Source: Pirellula staleyi DSM 6068 (lineage in GTDB: Bacteria > Planctomycetota > Planctomycetia > Pirellulales > Pirellulaceae). Taken from it: a DNA stretch of 32,000 bases. Within the stretch, counting starts at the first letter, position 1. Each line of letters opens with the position of its first letter. The notes beneath the pieces are model-generated. The model saw nothing but the letters and a program-made list of their open reading frames with translations. It was not told where the DNA came from and made no database searches. The position numbers and the translations under genes were made by a program. Location: contig CP001848.1 in assembly GCA_000025185.1 (NCBI GenBank), positions 4,260,001-4,292,000 of the forward strand, read 5' to 3'. Shown here in pieces: positions 18,094 to 26,514 of this stretch.

Positions 18094-18657
18094 ATGCCTG
18101 AAATCTGGCTACGAAATAATCGACGCGCCCTGACAATGGGTCTGCTGATTCCCGCTGTTATCGAACTCCTGGGATCGGTGGGACTTGTGATTTACTTTGG
18201 CGCTTATCCGAGTGTCTGGGTACTGATTCCTTCGATCGCGCTGATGAGCGTTGGCACGCTCCTGATGCTGTCGCTGTTGTTTGCGATGCAGCAGCCGCGT
18301 TTGGCGTATGAGGAAGAACAGCTGCTCGTCTACCTCGACGAACCGGCACCGGTGCGTGTGCCGATTGATGTGGTGGAGTGCTTTTTTCTTGGACAAGGGC
18401 CGAGCTTCTTACCCAATCTCGATGGCAAGGAGTCGGAAACGTCCAATGTCATCGTGCGTCTCGCCGAAAGTGCCCACGAATGGCATCATCGCGACACCAA
18501 GCCGCAAATCGCTCATTGGTGCGAGGGTTACATCACACTCCGTGGGGCTTGGTGCGAGCCAATTAGTAACGAAGCGCTCGGCAAACTGAATAAACGGCTG
18601 GTGGAAGCGCATCGCGCGCGAAAAGCGCGCATCGCGGCCGGAAACGCGCGCTCATGA
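18094..18657 (+). CDS. Hypothetical membrane protein (two N-terminal TM helices plus about 110-aa soluble domain; possibly bacterial PH-like)
   Basis: The TM helices are LTMGLLIPAVIELLGSVGLVIYF and VWVLIPSIALMSVGTLLMLSLLFA, followed by a beta-rich domain. Its stop overlaps the next gene's ATG by 4 nt (ATGA at 18654-18657). Confidence 0.5.
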   Translation: MPEIWLRNNRRALTMGLLIPAVIELLGSVGLVIYFGAYPSVWVLIPSIALMSVGTLLMLSLLFAMQQPRLAYEEEQLLVYLDEPAPVRVPIDVVECFFLGQGPSFLPNLDGKESETSNVIVRLAESAHEWHHRDTKPQIAHWCEGYITLRGAWCEPISNEALGKLNKRLVEAHRARKARIAAGNARS

Positions 18658-19397
18658 CCGGTCTGCTGGTGAGTGTTCGCGATGTGCGGGAAGCCACCTT
18701 GGCACTCGAAGCGGGAGTCGATCTGCTCGACGTCAAAGAGCCGAGCGCCGGTCCCCTGGGATTTGCCTCGCTCGACACGCTGCTGTCGATTGCTCAGATT
18801 GCCCGTAAGCTAGCGCCAGAGGTTCCACTTTCAGCGGCGATCGGCGAATTGGCGGATCCGCTGGCGCTCCCCCTCGAACAGCTACATCCCTATCGCTACT
18901 TAAAGCTGGGGCTCGCGGGCATGGCGCGGTCGCCATGGCCAAGTCAGTGGGAACATGTGCGTGGTCAGTTGGCCGATCAATCGCAGCTAGTTCCCGTGAT
19001 TTACGCCGATTTCCCGTCCGCACAGGCACCGCCACCGAACGAAGTACTCGAACTGGCAATCGCACAGGCTGCCAGCGTGCTGTTGATCGATACGTGGGAT
19101 AAAGATCGCGGAAATTTATTTGCGGCAATTTCAGTGGCTGAACTTTCGGCGATCATCGAGCAGGCTCGAGCCGCCGAGATTCAGGTAGTTGTCGCTGGAA
19201 AACTCGCTCTCGCTGATGTGCCACAGCTTCGCGCGATCGGGGCCAGATATTGGGGGGTGCGCACTGCCGTTTGCGAGTCGACACGCGATGGCACGCTCGC
19301 CCCCGAGAAGATCGCAGCCTGGAAAAAGGTGCTACGCGATAAGCAATTTGTTGCGAGCACGTCAACTACTCCCGGCGAGAACTCGCGCGAGAACTAA
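18654..19397 (+). CDS. mfnB: (5-formylfuran-3-yl)methyl phosphate synthase-like protein (MfnB / DUF556 family)
   Basis: MTGLLVSVRDVREATLALEAGVDLLDVKEPSAGPLG matches the MfnB N-terminus (LLVSP..EA..A.EGGADIIDVKNP..GSLG), including the Schiff-base Lys in DVKEP. SAAIGE, YLKLGL, LLIDTWDKDRGNLF, VVAGKL and GVRTAVC line up with the remaining conserved blocks as I remember them. Confidence 0.7.
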   Translation: MTGLLVSVRDVREATLALEAGVDLLDVKEPSAGPLGFASLDTLLSIAQIARKLAPEVPLSAAIGELADPLALPLEQLHPYRYLKLGLAGMARSPWPSQWEHVRGQLADQSQLVPVIYADFPSAQAPPPNEVLELAIAQAASVLLIDTWDKDRGNLFAAISVAELSAIIEQARAAEIQVVVAGKLALADVPQLRAIGARYWGVRTAVCESTRDGTLAPEKIAAWKKVLRDKQFVASTSTTPGENSREN

Positions 19398-19607
19398 TTT
19401 TGCTGACTAGCGAATTTGTTCCGCAGCAGGTGCAGAGAAGCTACAATCATGCCTGTTGGTTGCGAGCGGAATGTTTACGCGAAAGCTGCGTCAGCTGTGA
19501 TCAAACGCCGAGTTTAACTGGCGATCATCCGCCGCCGATTGTGACCGGATACTCCGGTTCGCCGCATCGACAGTGCGTTTGCCTAATTACTTACGAGGGA
19601 AATGTTC

Positions 19608-19811
19608 ATGGCTCGTTCGATACTTGAGGCAATCAAGCAGGGTGAGTGGGATTTCGAGCCAAAGTGTGCCGACGATGATTCGATTGAAGCAACCGGTGCA
19701 CTTCCGGGTTCGACAGAAAAGCTGAGTGTCTTAGCCGAACGTTTGGCACAAGGCCTTCCTCTTTGGCATCCAAGTGATCGAAGAAGCTATAACGACGCCG
19801 ATCGCGAATAA
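19608..19811 (+). CDS. Small hypothetical protein (67 aa)
   Basis: The ORF is MARSILEAIKQGEWDFEPKCADDDSIEATGALPGSTEKLSVLAERLAQGLPLWHPSDRRSYNDADRE. GAGGGA lies 7 nt upstream of ATG 19608, and the track start at 19602 is too close to it. I recognise no family. Confidence 0.4.
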   Translation: MARSILEAIKQGEWDFEPKCADDDSIEATGALPGSTEKLSVLAERLAQGLPLWHPSDRRSYNDADRE

Positions 19812-19841
19812 GGCGCGGTCGAGCATAGGAGTCTAGTACGA

Positions 19842-20159
19842 ATGGCCGGATTTAACGCTGCAGTGCCGAACCCCGTGGGACAATCTCGCGCTAAGGAACT
19901 GCTCGAAGCATTTATCGAATCGATGCGCTCGCAGTACGGCGAACAGGTCGAGGACCTCGAAGGTGAGTGGATGGAGCATCAGCTCCGCTTTAGTTTCACC
20001 ACCATGGGAATCGATGTGAACGGCAATCTCTTCGTCGAAGAGAAAGAAGTTCGCATCCAAGGTCAACTCCCGATGATGGCCATGATGTTCCGTGGCACGA
20101 TCGAGCAACGTATCAAGGACGAACTCAACAAACTGCTGGGCAACACCACTGCCAAGTAG
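19842..20159 (+). CDS. Putative polyhydroxyalkanoic-acid-system protein (PHA_gran_rgn-like small protein)
   Basis: In this 105-aa product, the pattern ...WMEHQLRFSFTTMGIDVNGNLFVEEKEVRIQGQLPMMAMMFRGTIEQRIKDELNKLL matches the family consensus as I recall it (L.F.....G....G.L.V....V.....L....A..FKG.IE..I..EL.KL). A TAGGAG Shine-Dalgarno lies upstream. Confidence 0.5.
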   Translation: MAGFNAAVPNPVGQSRAKELLEAFIESMRSQYGEQVEDLEGEWMEHQLRFSFTTMGIDVNGNLFVEEKEVRIQGQLPMMAMMFRGTIEQRIKDELNKLLGNTTAK

Positions 20160-20183
20160 GCAGCGCCGCTAAGACCGTCGCTG

Positions 20184-21719
20184 CTATTCGAGCCAGACGT
20201 CGATTTCCTTCTCCCCTTCGATGAGCGAGAAGACAGACCCCGGGCGATACTGACGCTGTCGAACTTCTGTCGACAGCCGCGCAAGTGAGGTTCCTTGCGC
20301 TTCGATTTTCTTGCGCAACGGTTCGTCGATCAATTCTTCGAGATCGTCGATCGAACGTGCAGCCATCGTGAGCTGCACTTTCACAGTGCCACGCTCGCGG
20401 ACACGAAGTTTGAGCCAGCGGCTGAGTGATCCGAAGTCGCAGCGGCGCGGTTCATCCGTGATCGCAGCGGCCGGTACGTACCGCCGCGCGATCGAACTAA
20501 TGATCGGTTCGACAATCGGTTTCCACGCTACCGGGGCATCGAGTTTCTCGAGATAAAAGAGCAACCCGTGCCAGGCTCGCAGCAGCAGCACCATCTCAGC
20601 GGGTCCGGCCATCCGAAAGTTCCAGCGATCGTCGCCGAGCACATCGGACATCCGTTCCGACAGCTTCCACTGAGCAAGTGCGAACGGATATTCAGAGGCG
20701 AGTGGCTCGGCAATAAGCCCCATGACCGCAGGGAGCTTGTGAGCGAGCGGGCCTAGTTTTTCGCCACAGAATCCAAGTTCCATCAGCGGTTTCCAAGGGG
20801 AACCTTCGCGATAGAGCGCTGCAAGCAAAAGAGCGGCTAGTGCCTGCTGCTGAGGCTGTGTGAATCGCGCGACACATCCAAAATCGTAAAGCAGCAATTG
20901 CGGAGTCGATTCTCGCAGCACGAAACGTACGTTGCCGGGATGCAAGTCGGCATGGATCATCTCGCGACTCAGAATGCTGGTGAAAAACCAGTGAATGAGA
21001 TCGAGCGAGAGTTTACGGCGCACAATCAATGGCCACTTCGCTACTTCATCGATCGTCGAACCTGCTTCCCAAGTGGTCACGAGCACATTTTTTGAGGAAA
21101 GTTCGCCGATGACTTCAGGAACGATAAGAAAGCGATCGTGCTGATGAATCTCGGCATAGCGCTGCTGAGTGCGAGCTTCGGCATCGTAGTCGAGTTCGTG
21201 TTCCAGATCCGCAGCGAGCATCTTCTGATACTCATCGAGTCGAAACCCGCGCGATAGCCCTCCAAGTGGAAGTGAGAGCCAGCCGAGCGCGCCAAGATCT
21301 GTTTCCAGGGCCGTTTTGATTCCCGGATATTGCAGCTTGATGGCGACTTCTTCGCCCGAATAGAGCGTTGCACGATGAACTTGTCCGAGCGAAGCGGCCT
21401 GTCCCTGCTCGTCGATCGAACGGACCACTTTACGAAGCGGCTCTCCCCACGCTGTTTCGAGCAGTGTCTTGACAGTGGAGAAGGGGAGTGCGGCGGCCGA
21501 TTGCTGCAGCGGCGAGAAGCTTTGTGCTTTTTCCTCGTGATCGCTCATGCTCATGATTTGCCCCAGTTTTTGAGGCAAACCGTGCATGCGTCCCATGCGC
21601 TCGGCGAGATGAGTGCGGGCAATTGTGGCAAGTTCGGGCGAGTTTGCGGTCGATACGCGTCGTGCCGAGAGGGCAAGATCGGCATAGCCGGTCCAACGCG
21701 ACAGAGTTTCGAGAGGCAT
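20184..21719 (-). CDS. ABC1/UbiB-family atypical protein kinase with about 130-aa C-terminal extension
   Basis: The ABC1 motifs are LGQVHRATLYSGEEVAIKLQYPGI (the Lys-containing motif), the catalytic IHADLHPGNV, and LYDFGCV (DFG). I prefer ATG 21719, preceded by GGAAGGA. The track ORF starts at 21794. It is on the same strand as cheY and 114 nt downstream of it. Confidence 0.8.
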   Translation of the reverse strand: MPLETLSRWTGYADLALSARRVSTANSPELATIARTHLAERMGRMHGLPQKLGQIMSMSDHEEKAQSFSPLQQSAAALPFSTVKTLLETAWGEPLRKVVRSIDEQGQAASLGQVHRATLYSGEEVAIKLQYPGIKTALETDLGALGWLSLPLGGLSRGFRLDEYQKMLAADLEHELDYDAEARTQQRYAEIHQHDRFLIVPEVIGELSSKNVLVTTWEAGSTIDEVAKWPLIVRRKLSLDLIHWFFTSILSREMIHADLHPGNVRFVLRESTPQLLLYDFGCVARFTQPQQQALAALLLAALYREGSPWKPLMELGFCGEKLGPLAHKLPAVMGLIAEPLASEYPFALAQWKLSERMSDVLGDDRWNFRMAGPAEMVLLLRAWHGLLFYLEKLDAPVAWKPIVEPIISSIARRYVPAAAITDEPRRCDFGSLSRWLKLRVRERGTVKVQLTMAARSIDDLEELIDEPLRKKIEAQGTSLARLSTEVRQRQYRPGSVFSLIEGEKEIDVWLE

Positions 21720-21833
21720 ACGGTTCCTTCCAAGCAAACGAGTCAGCGCGCAGGTCGTAACGAACGGGCGCGTGACGCTTGGCAGAAAGCGCACTTGCTA
21801 AAAATTGCCATCGGCACTCCGTTGAGCATTTCG

Positions 21834-22196
21834 TTAGGCGACAAGTCGCTCGAGCGTTTCCATCAGCTTGGAATGATCAAACGGCTTGACGATAAAATCG
21901 CTGGCACCGAGTTTGAAGGCATCCTTCAGGATGTTCTTCTGATCCAGAGCGCTCACCACCACGATTTTGGCGTTCGGGTCATCGCTCAAGATTCCCTTGA
22001 GTGCGTGGAGACCGTCGTACTGAGGCATCACGAGATCGAGCGTCATCGCATCGGGCTTCAATTCGTGATACTTCTCGATCGCAGACTGACCGTTCGACGC
22101 CTCACCGACAATTTCCCAGCCAGCTTTGCGGGCAGTGTCTTTGATGATTTCGCGAATGATGATCGCATCGTCGGTTACAAGAAGTCGCTTTGCCAT
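21834..22196 (-). CDS. cheY: CheY-like single-domain response regulator
   Basis: From ATG 22196 the sequence is MAKRLLVTDDAIIIREII...DAMTLDLVMPQYDG...KIVVVSALD...ASDFIVKPF. The acidic pocket DD, the phospho-acceptor D in TLDLVMP, and the conserved S/T and K are all present. There is no output domain. Confidence 0.9.
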   Translation of the reverse strand: MAKRLLVTDDAIIIREIIKDTARKAGWEIVGEASNGQSAIEKYHELKPDAMTLDLVMPQYDGLHALKGILSDDPNAKIVVVSALDQKNILKDAFKLGASDFIVKPFDHSKLMETLERLVA

Positions 22197-22268
22197 GATT
22201 GAACCTGCTAGGGAAAATGCGTGTAGTGTAGGCGTAGTTGTTTGCTGATTGCTTGAATCGCGAAACAA

Positions 22269-22766
22269 CTACAGCGTGGTCAGGGGTTGTCCGACAACTT
22301 CGACGATCAAGTTGCCATTGGTGGGGTGCACAATGACACGACGTCCTTTGCTTCCTCCCACATGTTTGCCAATGATTCGGATACGGGCTTTCGCCAGTGC
22401 TTCTTCAACAGCAGCGATATTGTGCTCGCCAATTTGCATCGGTCCGGTGGCGGCACCAAACATGTTGGAGCCCCCCGCGATGCGGGCAACTATGCCAGCC
22501 GCTGGTACACCTGCACGAGCCAGTTGTTGAAGCAGTTCGGGAATAGCAGTGTCGGCAAACTTTCCTGGCGTTCCCGCTTTCCCCTGCGAGTTGGGGAGAA
22601 CGACATGTGCCAAAATGGCGACTTCGTATCGTGGGTGATGCAGGGCGACGCCGACGCAAGAACCAAGCACACTATTAAGTGTGTGAGGTGCTTGTGTCAG
22701 GACAATCTGTCCCATTCCCACGCTATGTGTTTGCCCAGTCGTGGGCGCGGCTTCCGCAAGCAACAT
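22269..22766 (-). CDS. cheD: Chemoreceptor glutamine deamidase CheD
   Basis: The matching blocks are NSVLGSCVGVALHHP...AILAHVVLPNS...KFADTAIPELLQQL...IAGGSNMF...IGEHNIAAVEEAL....IRIIGKHVGGSKGRRV. The catalytic Cys (GSC) and His (AHV) are conserved. I prefer the first ATG at 22766, which has AGGA 7 nt upstream and gives 165 aa. The track ORF begins at a TTG at 22817. Confidence 0.85.
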   Translation of the reverse strand: MLLAEAAPTTGQTHSVGMGQIVLTQAPHTLNSVLGSCVGVALHHPRYEVAILAHVVLPNSQGKAGTPGKFADTAIPELLQQLARAGVPAAGIVARIAGGSNMFGAATGPMQIGEHNIAAVEEALAKARIRIIGKHVGGSKGRRVIVHPTNGNLIVEVVGQPLTTL

Positions 22767-22848
22767 AGTTTGATCCTGCGATGGATGATTCAGAGTGAAA
22801 TGGTTGGGCGCTGGCAAATCAAAGGTGGTCGAACCGGCCGAGGCAAGG

Positions 22849-23460
22849 TTAGTTCGATGCGGAAGAGATCAAACGGGTGCGAAGCGCTTCCGTTGGAACA
22901 AACAGTACGTTCCAGTTCAGCTGTTTGCCTTCGCGATGAAACGTTGTGCGGCAAATCGTCGCCACATCGCAGGTCGCCGCCTGTGCGAGGAGGGCCTGCT
23001 CAAGCACGCTGATACCAAAGTCTTGCACGAAGTAGGGAGGCGATGGAACAAGATCTGCCTCAACCATCCGTGTCAGCGAGTTCATGTAAGCACATCCCAG
23101 AATGTTGCCCGTCTCGTTGAGGGCCGATTGTTCGAGTTCGGTCCACTCGGGAGAGGTGCAGCGTTCGCGGCAGAGGAGTGAGGCTGCTAATTCGCGACCA
23201 TTTTGGTCGTCGAACGTCAGGATCATCGTGCCGCCGAGCTCACCATCGAGCGTTAGCACCACCATCGTCAGCAGATCGCAGGCAAAATCGAACTGCCCCG
23301 CAGCTTCGCAGAGTGGAACTTCACGCACTTCGTCGAGCGACAGCGTGATTTGTCCATTCGTCCAGCGGCACATGGCAGCAGATGCCTCGCGCGTCGCATC
23401 AGCAAGCAGCGGCTGAAGAAGAATACCCGAATCTTGAAGTGTTATTTCAGTAGGTGTCAT
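22849..23460 (-). CDS. cheC: CheC-family CheY-P phosphatase-like protein
   Basis: The 203-aa product has a two-fold CheC/CheX/FliY-like layout. The second half carries the phosphatase helix motif (LEQSALNETGNILGCAYMNSL, an E-x2-N core). The first-half equivalent (LLADATREASAAMCRW) lacks the E..N pair. Confidence 0.72.
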   Translation of the reverse strand: MTPTEITLQDSGILLQPLLADATREASAAMCRWTNGQITLSLDEVREVPLCEAAGQFDFACDLLTMVVLTLDGELGGTMILTFDDQNGRELAASLLCRERCTSPEWTELEQSALNETGNILGCAYMNSLTRMVEADLVPSPPYFVQDFGISVLEQALLAQAATCDVATICRTTFHREGKQLNWNVLFVPTEALRTRLISSASN

Positions 23461-23504
23461 GGCACGGAGCTTTCGAGTGAAATGAGCGGATAAGTAGAGA
23501 GCAG

Positions 23505-26468
23505 TTACACCACAGCAGCGGGAAGTTCGGCCAAGCCCGATGCCATTTCGATGAGCGTAGGAATGTCGAGAATCAGCGAGACGCGACCATCTCCGAGGAT
23601 GCTTGCGCCAGCAATTCCCCGGACATTACGATAGTTTTCAGCGAGCGATTTAATCACGACGTCGTCTTCACCAAGCACCGAATCGACGACCAGACCGATT
23701 TCACAGCCATCGTGGCCGAGCACCACCAGCGTGCTGTCGGTCGTTTCGAGTGCTGTGCTGCGCGACGAATTCTGTCGCCAAGTAAAGATGTCTTTGAGAT
23801 TCACTACCGACACGATGCGCCCGCGGATAGAAGCGGTCAGCATGCCATGCACCGTACTCAGCTGTCGTCGAGGAACGCTCACAATTTCGACGATCGATTC
23901 GATCGGCAGGGAGAAGACATCCCCGTCGACTGCTGCCATCAAGCTCGGCAGAATCGCCAGCGTTAAGGGCAACTTAATCGTAAACGTAGCCCCTTGGCCG
24001 GGAGTGCTATCGACTTCCACCGTGCCACTGAGACCTTCGATTTTCGAGCGGACAATATCCATCCCCATTCCGCGACCAGAAATCTCCGTCACTTTTTCAG
24101 CTGTGCTGAAGCCAGGCTCCCAGATCAGCTGGTAAATCTGGTGCGACGTCATCCGCTCAGCATCGGCTTCTGATACGAGGCCTCGCTCGATCGCTTTCTT
24201 CAATATTCTCTGACTATCGAGTCCTTTTCCATCGTCGATCACCTGAATCACGATGCTGTTTCCACGATGGAAAGCATCGAGCGTGATGCACCCTTGCGCT
24301 GATTTACCTGCAGCAACGCGATCAGCCGAGGTTTCGACACCATGATCGGCCGAGTTGCGAACCATGTGAATGAGTGGGTCGCCGAGCTCGTCGATCATCC
24401 GTTTGTCGAGCTCCGTCTTCTCGCCCCGGATATCGAGCCGAATATCTTTGCCATTGATGCGCGTGACATCTCGCACCACCCGTTTGAAACGGGAGAAAAG
24501 GGGACCGATCGGGACCATCCGTGTATCCATGACACTCTTCTGGATGCCATCAGCGACACGATCGAGCTGATGCACCGCTTCGAAAAGTTCGTTCACACGA
24601 TTACGGAGCTTCGAAAGCCGCGACAGCTCGCGCTGAATGATTTGGAGGTCGGCTCGCACACGGCGAACATGCGACTTGGCCTGATCGAGATCCCATTCGT
24701 CGAGATGCGAATTGCTTTCGCCATCGCCGCATAAACGATCGATCAGCATCGACGCGTTTCCGAGCATTTGCAGCGTTCCCTTGGCGGGCAGTGTTTCGCG
24801 AATTCCTTCGCCAATTTGGGTGAAACGTGCCTTGTTGATCACCAGCTGACCAGCCAGGTTCATGAGCTGATCGAGTCGTTCGATATCGACCCGCAGCGTC
24901 TCGTTTGGACGATTGCTGGTGTCGCGTTCAGCAGCCTTGGATTTTGCCGACGCATCGGAAACAGCTGCTTCTGGATGATCGTTGCTCACGGGTAGATCAT
25001 CATCGACGAGCTTAGCAGCAGCGGCTTTCGGTTCAGCGGAAGCAGTACGAGCCACCGGCGCGAGACTGGAAAGCGTGACCATCGGTGCAGCAGCAACGGG
25101 AGGCTGATCGGCAATCAGATCGAGCAGCACTTCACTGACGCCTGAGATTAACAGCTGAGTGCGAAGTGTTTCGAGAGGAACCGTCGTCGAGATGGCGAAG
25201 TCGAAGTATTCCAGATCATCGAGATTTTCGAGATCGCACCCAGGGGGATTGTTATACAGCGACTGACCAGCGCGACAGAGTTTCTCGTAAACGAGGCTCG
25301 CCTTCAGCCCCACGAGAGGCTGAGAAGCATCGAATCGAACTTGCCCGACGAGAATGTTTTCGGCGGTGGGAAACTGCTGACGCAGCGATGCGACAAACGA
25401 GGCTTCGGTTAAATGATCGAGGGAGGCGATTGCCGGTGCTGCAGTTGACGCAGGAGATTCTTGCGCTGAACTTGTGGGCATCTTTGTGTCGGCAATCGAG
25501 GCGCAGAGTTCTCGTGAGCTACAAAGATCTCGTGCTGCAGCGGCAAACTGAGGATATTTCGGCACACCAGCCTTGAGCGATGCCACGTAACCTCGCAAGG
25601 CATCGGTGCTCTTCAGAAGAGCGTCGACCATTGAAGGCTTGAGACGACAGCCGCTGTTGTGGAGGTCTTGCAGCAAATCTTCCATCAAGTGCGATAGCTT
25701 GGCGGCCCGATGGAGCCCCAGCGAAGCGGCTGAACCCTTGATGCGATGGGCCGTGATCAGCAGTGACTCTGTCGCGCTATCGCCAGCGAGCTGTTCGTCG
25801 GAAACAAGTGTTTCGGTAAGCGAATCGAGCGACAGGTCGGCTTCATCGATGAAGATCGCGAGATAACGGGACGGAACCTCTTGCTCATCTTCAATCCCAG
25901 CAAAAATTCCTTCATCCTCCTGCAGAGTGCTCGGTTCACTCGGCGCTTGAAGCAAGGTCACCTCGGCGGTGATTGCAGCGAGAGCTGCCTCGGCATCTTG
26001 CTGCGATTTGGCTTCGCGATGGCAACCTGCTTCCACCAGCACGTTCTCGATTCGCGTCATCACTTCGCTGGCATCTACTTCGTCGTTACCGGTGTTCTTA
26101 AGCATATCGATCATCGCTTCCAAAGAGTCGATCGCCGAAAAAATGACTTGCACGTTGGAGCTGTCGAGTTGTAGCTCGCTTTTCCGAGCTGCGTCGAAAA
26201 CGTTTTCGACGCGGTGGGTCAATTGATTGATGTGAGGAAGCCCCAGCATCGCCGACAACCCTTTCAGGCTGTGGGCAGAGCGGAACATACTCGTCATCAG
26301 CTCGCTGTCGAACGACGATGGTTGTCCCGCTTGTCGCGAGGCGACCCATTCGTCGAGCGTCAGCAAATCTTCGTTCAACTTGACGAGGAGCTGGTTGGCT
26401 TCATCGAGAAAGTCGGTCAGTAAGCTGTCGCCAAGCTCGTCACTCAGTTGTTGATCCATGGCAGCCAT
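23505..26468 (-). CDS. cheA: Chemotaxis histidine kinase CheA with two Hpt domains
   Basis: Hpt1 is MFRSAHSLKGLSAMLG (His66) and Hpt2 is ITAHRIKGSAASLG (His241). The dimerisation region starts at LRVDIERLDQLMNLAGQLVI. HATPase_c is marked by HMVRNSADHGVE, VIDDGKGLD and GRGMGMDIV. The C-terminal CheW-like P5 domain is VFSLPIESIVEIV...VVLGHDGCEIGLVVDSVLGEDDVVIKSL. Confidence 0.93.
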   Translation of the reverse strand: MAAMDQQLSDELGDSLLTDFLDEANQLLVKLNEDLLTLDEWVASRQAGQPSSFDSELMTSMFRSAHSLKGLSAMLGLPHINQLTHRVENVFDAARKSELQLDSSNVQVIFSAIDSLEAMIDMLKNTGNDEVDASEVMTRIENVLVEAGCHREAKSQQDAEAALAAITAEVTLLQAPSEPSTLQEDEGIFAGIEDEQEVPSRYLAIFIDEADLSLDSLTETLVSDEQLAGDSATESLLITAHRIKGSAASLGLHRAAKLSHLMEDLLQDLHNSGCRLKPSMVDALLKSTDALRGYVASLKAGVPKYPQFAAAARDLCSSRELCASIADTKMPTSSAQESPASTAAPAIASLDHLTEASFVASLRQQFPTAENILVGQVRFDASQPLVGLKASLVYEKLCRAGQSLYNNPPGCDLENLDDLEYFDFAISTTVPLETLRTQLLISGVSEVLLDLIADQPPVAAAPMVTLSSLAPVARTASAEPKAAAAKLVDDDLPVSNDHPEAAVSDASAKSKAAERDTSNRPNETLRVDIERLDQLMNLAGQLVINKARFTQIGEGIRETLPAKGTLQMLGNASMLIDRLCGDGESNSHLDEWDLDQAKSHVRRVRADLQIIQRELSRLSKLRNRVNELFEAVHQLDRVADGIQKSVMDTRMVPIGPLFSRFKRVVRDVTRINGKDIRLDIRGEKTELDKRMIDELGDPLIHMVRNSADHGVETSADRVAAGKSAQGCITLDAFHRGNSIVIQVIDDGKGLDSQRILKKAIERGLVSEADAERMTSHQIYQLIWEPGFSTAEKVTEISGRGMGMDIVRSKIEGLSGTVEVDSTPGQGATFTIKLPLTLAILPSLMAAVDGDVFSLPIESIVEIVSVPRRQLSTVHGMLTASIRGRIVSVVNLKDIFTWRQNSSRSTALETTDSTLVVLGHDGCEIGLVVDSVLGEDDVVIKSLAENYRNVRGIAGASILGDGRVSLILDIPTLIEMASGLAELPAAVV

Positions 26469-26514
26469 CGGTGAAATTTCTTTCGGAATCGCTAGTTACC
26501 GGAGCGGTAGAAGA

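Noticed and set aside
21330-23012. 290-aa and 241-aa plus-strand ORFs spanning the ABC1 kinase/cheY and cheD/cheC regions
   Set aside because: They run antisense across gene boundaries of well-supported minus-strand genes. They have no motifs and low-complexity translations.
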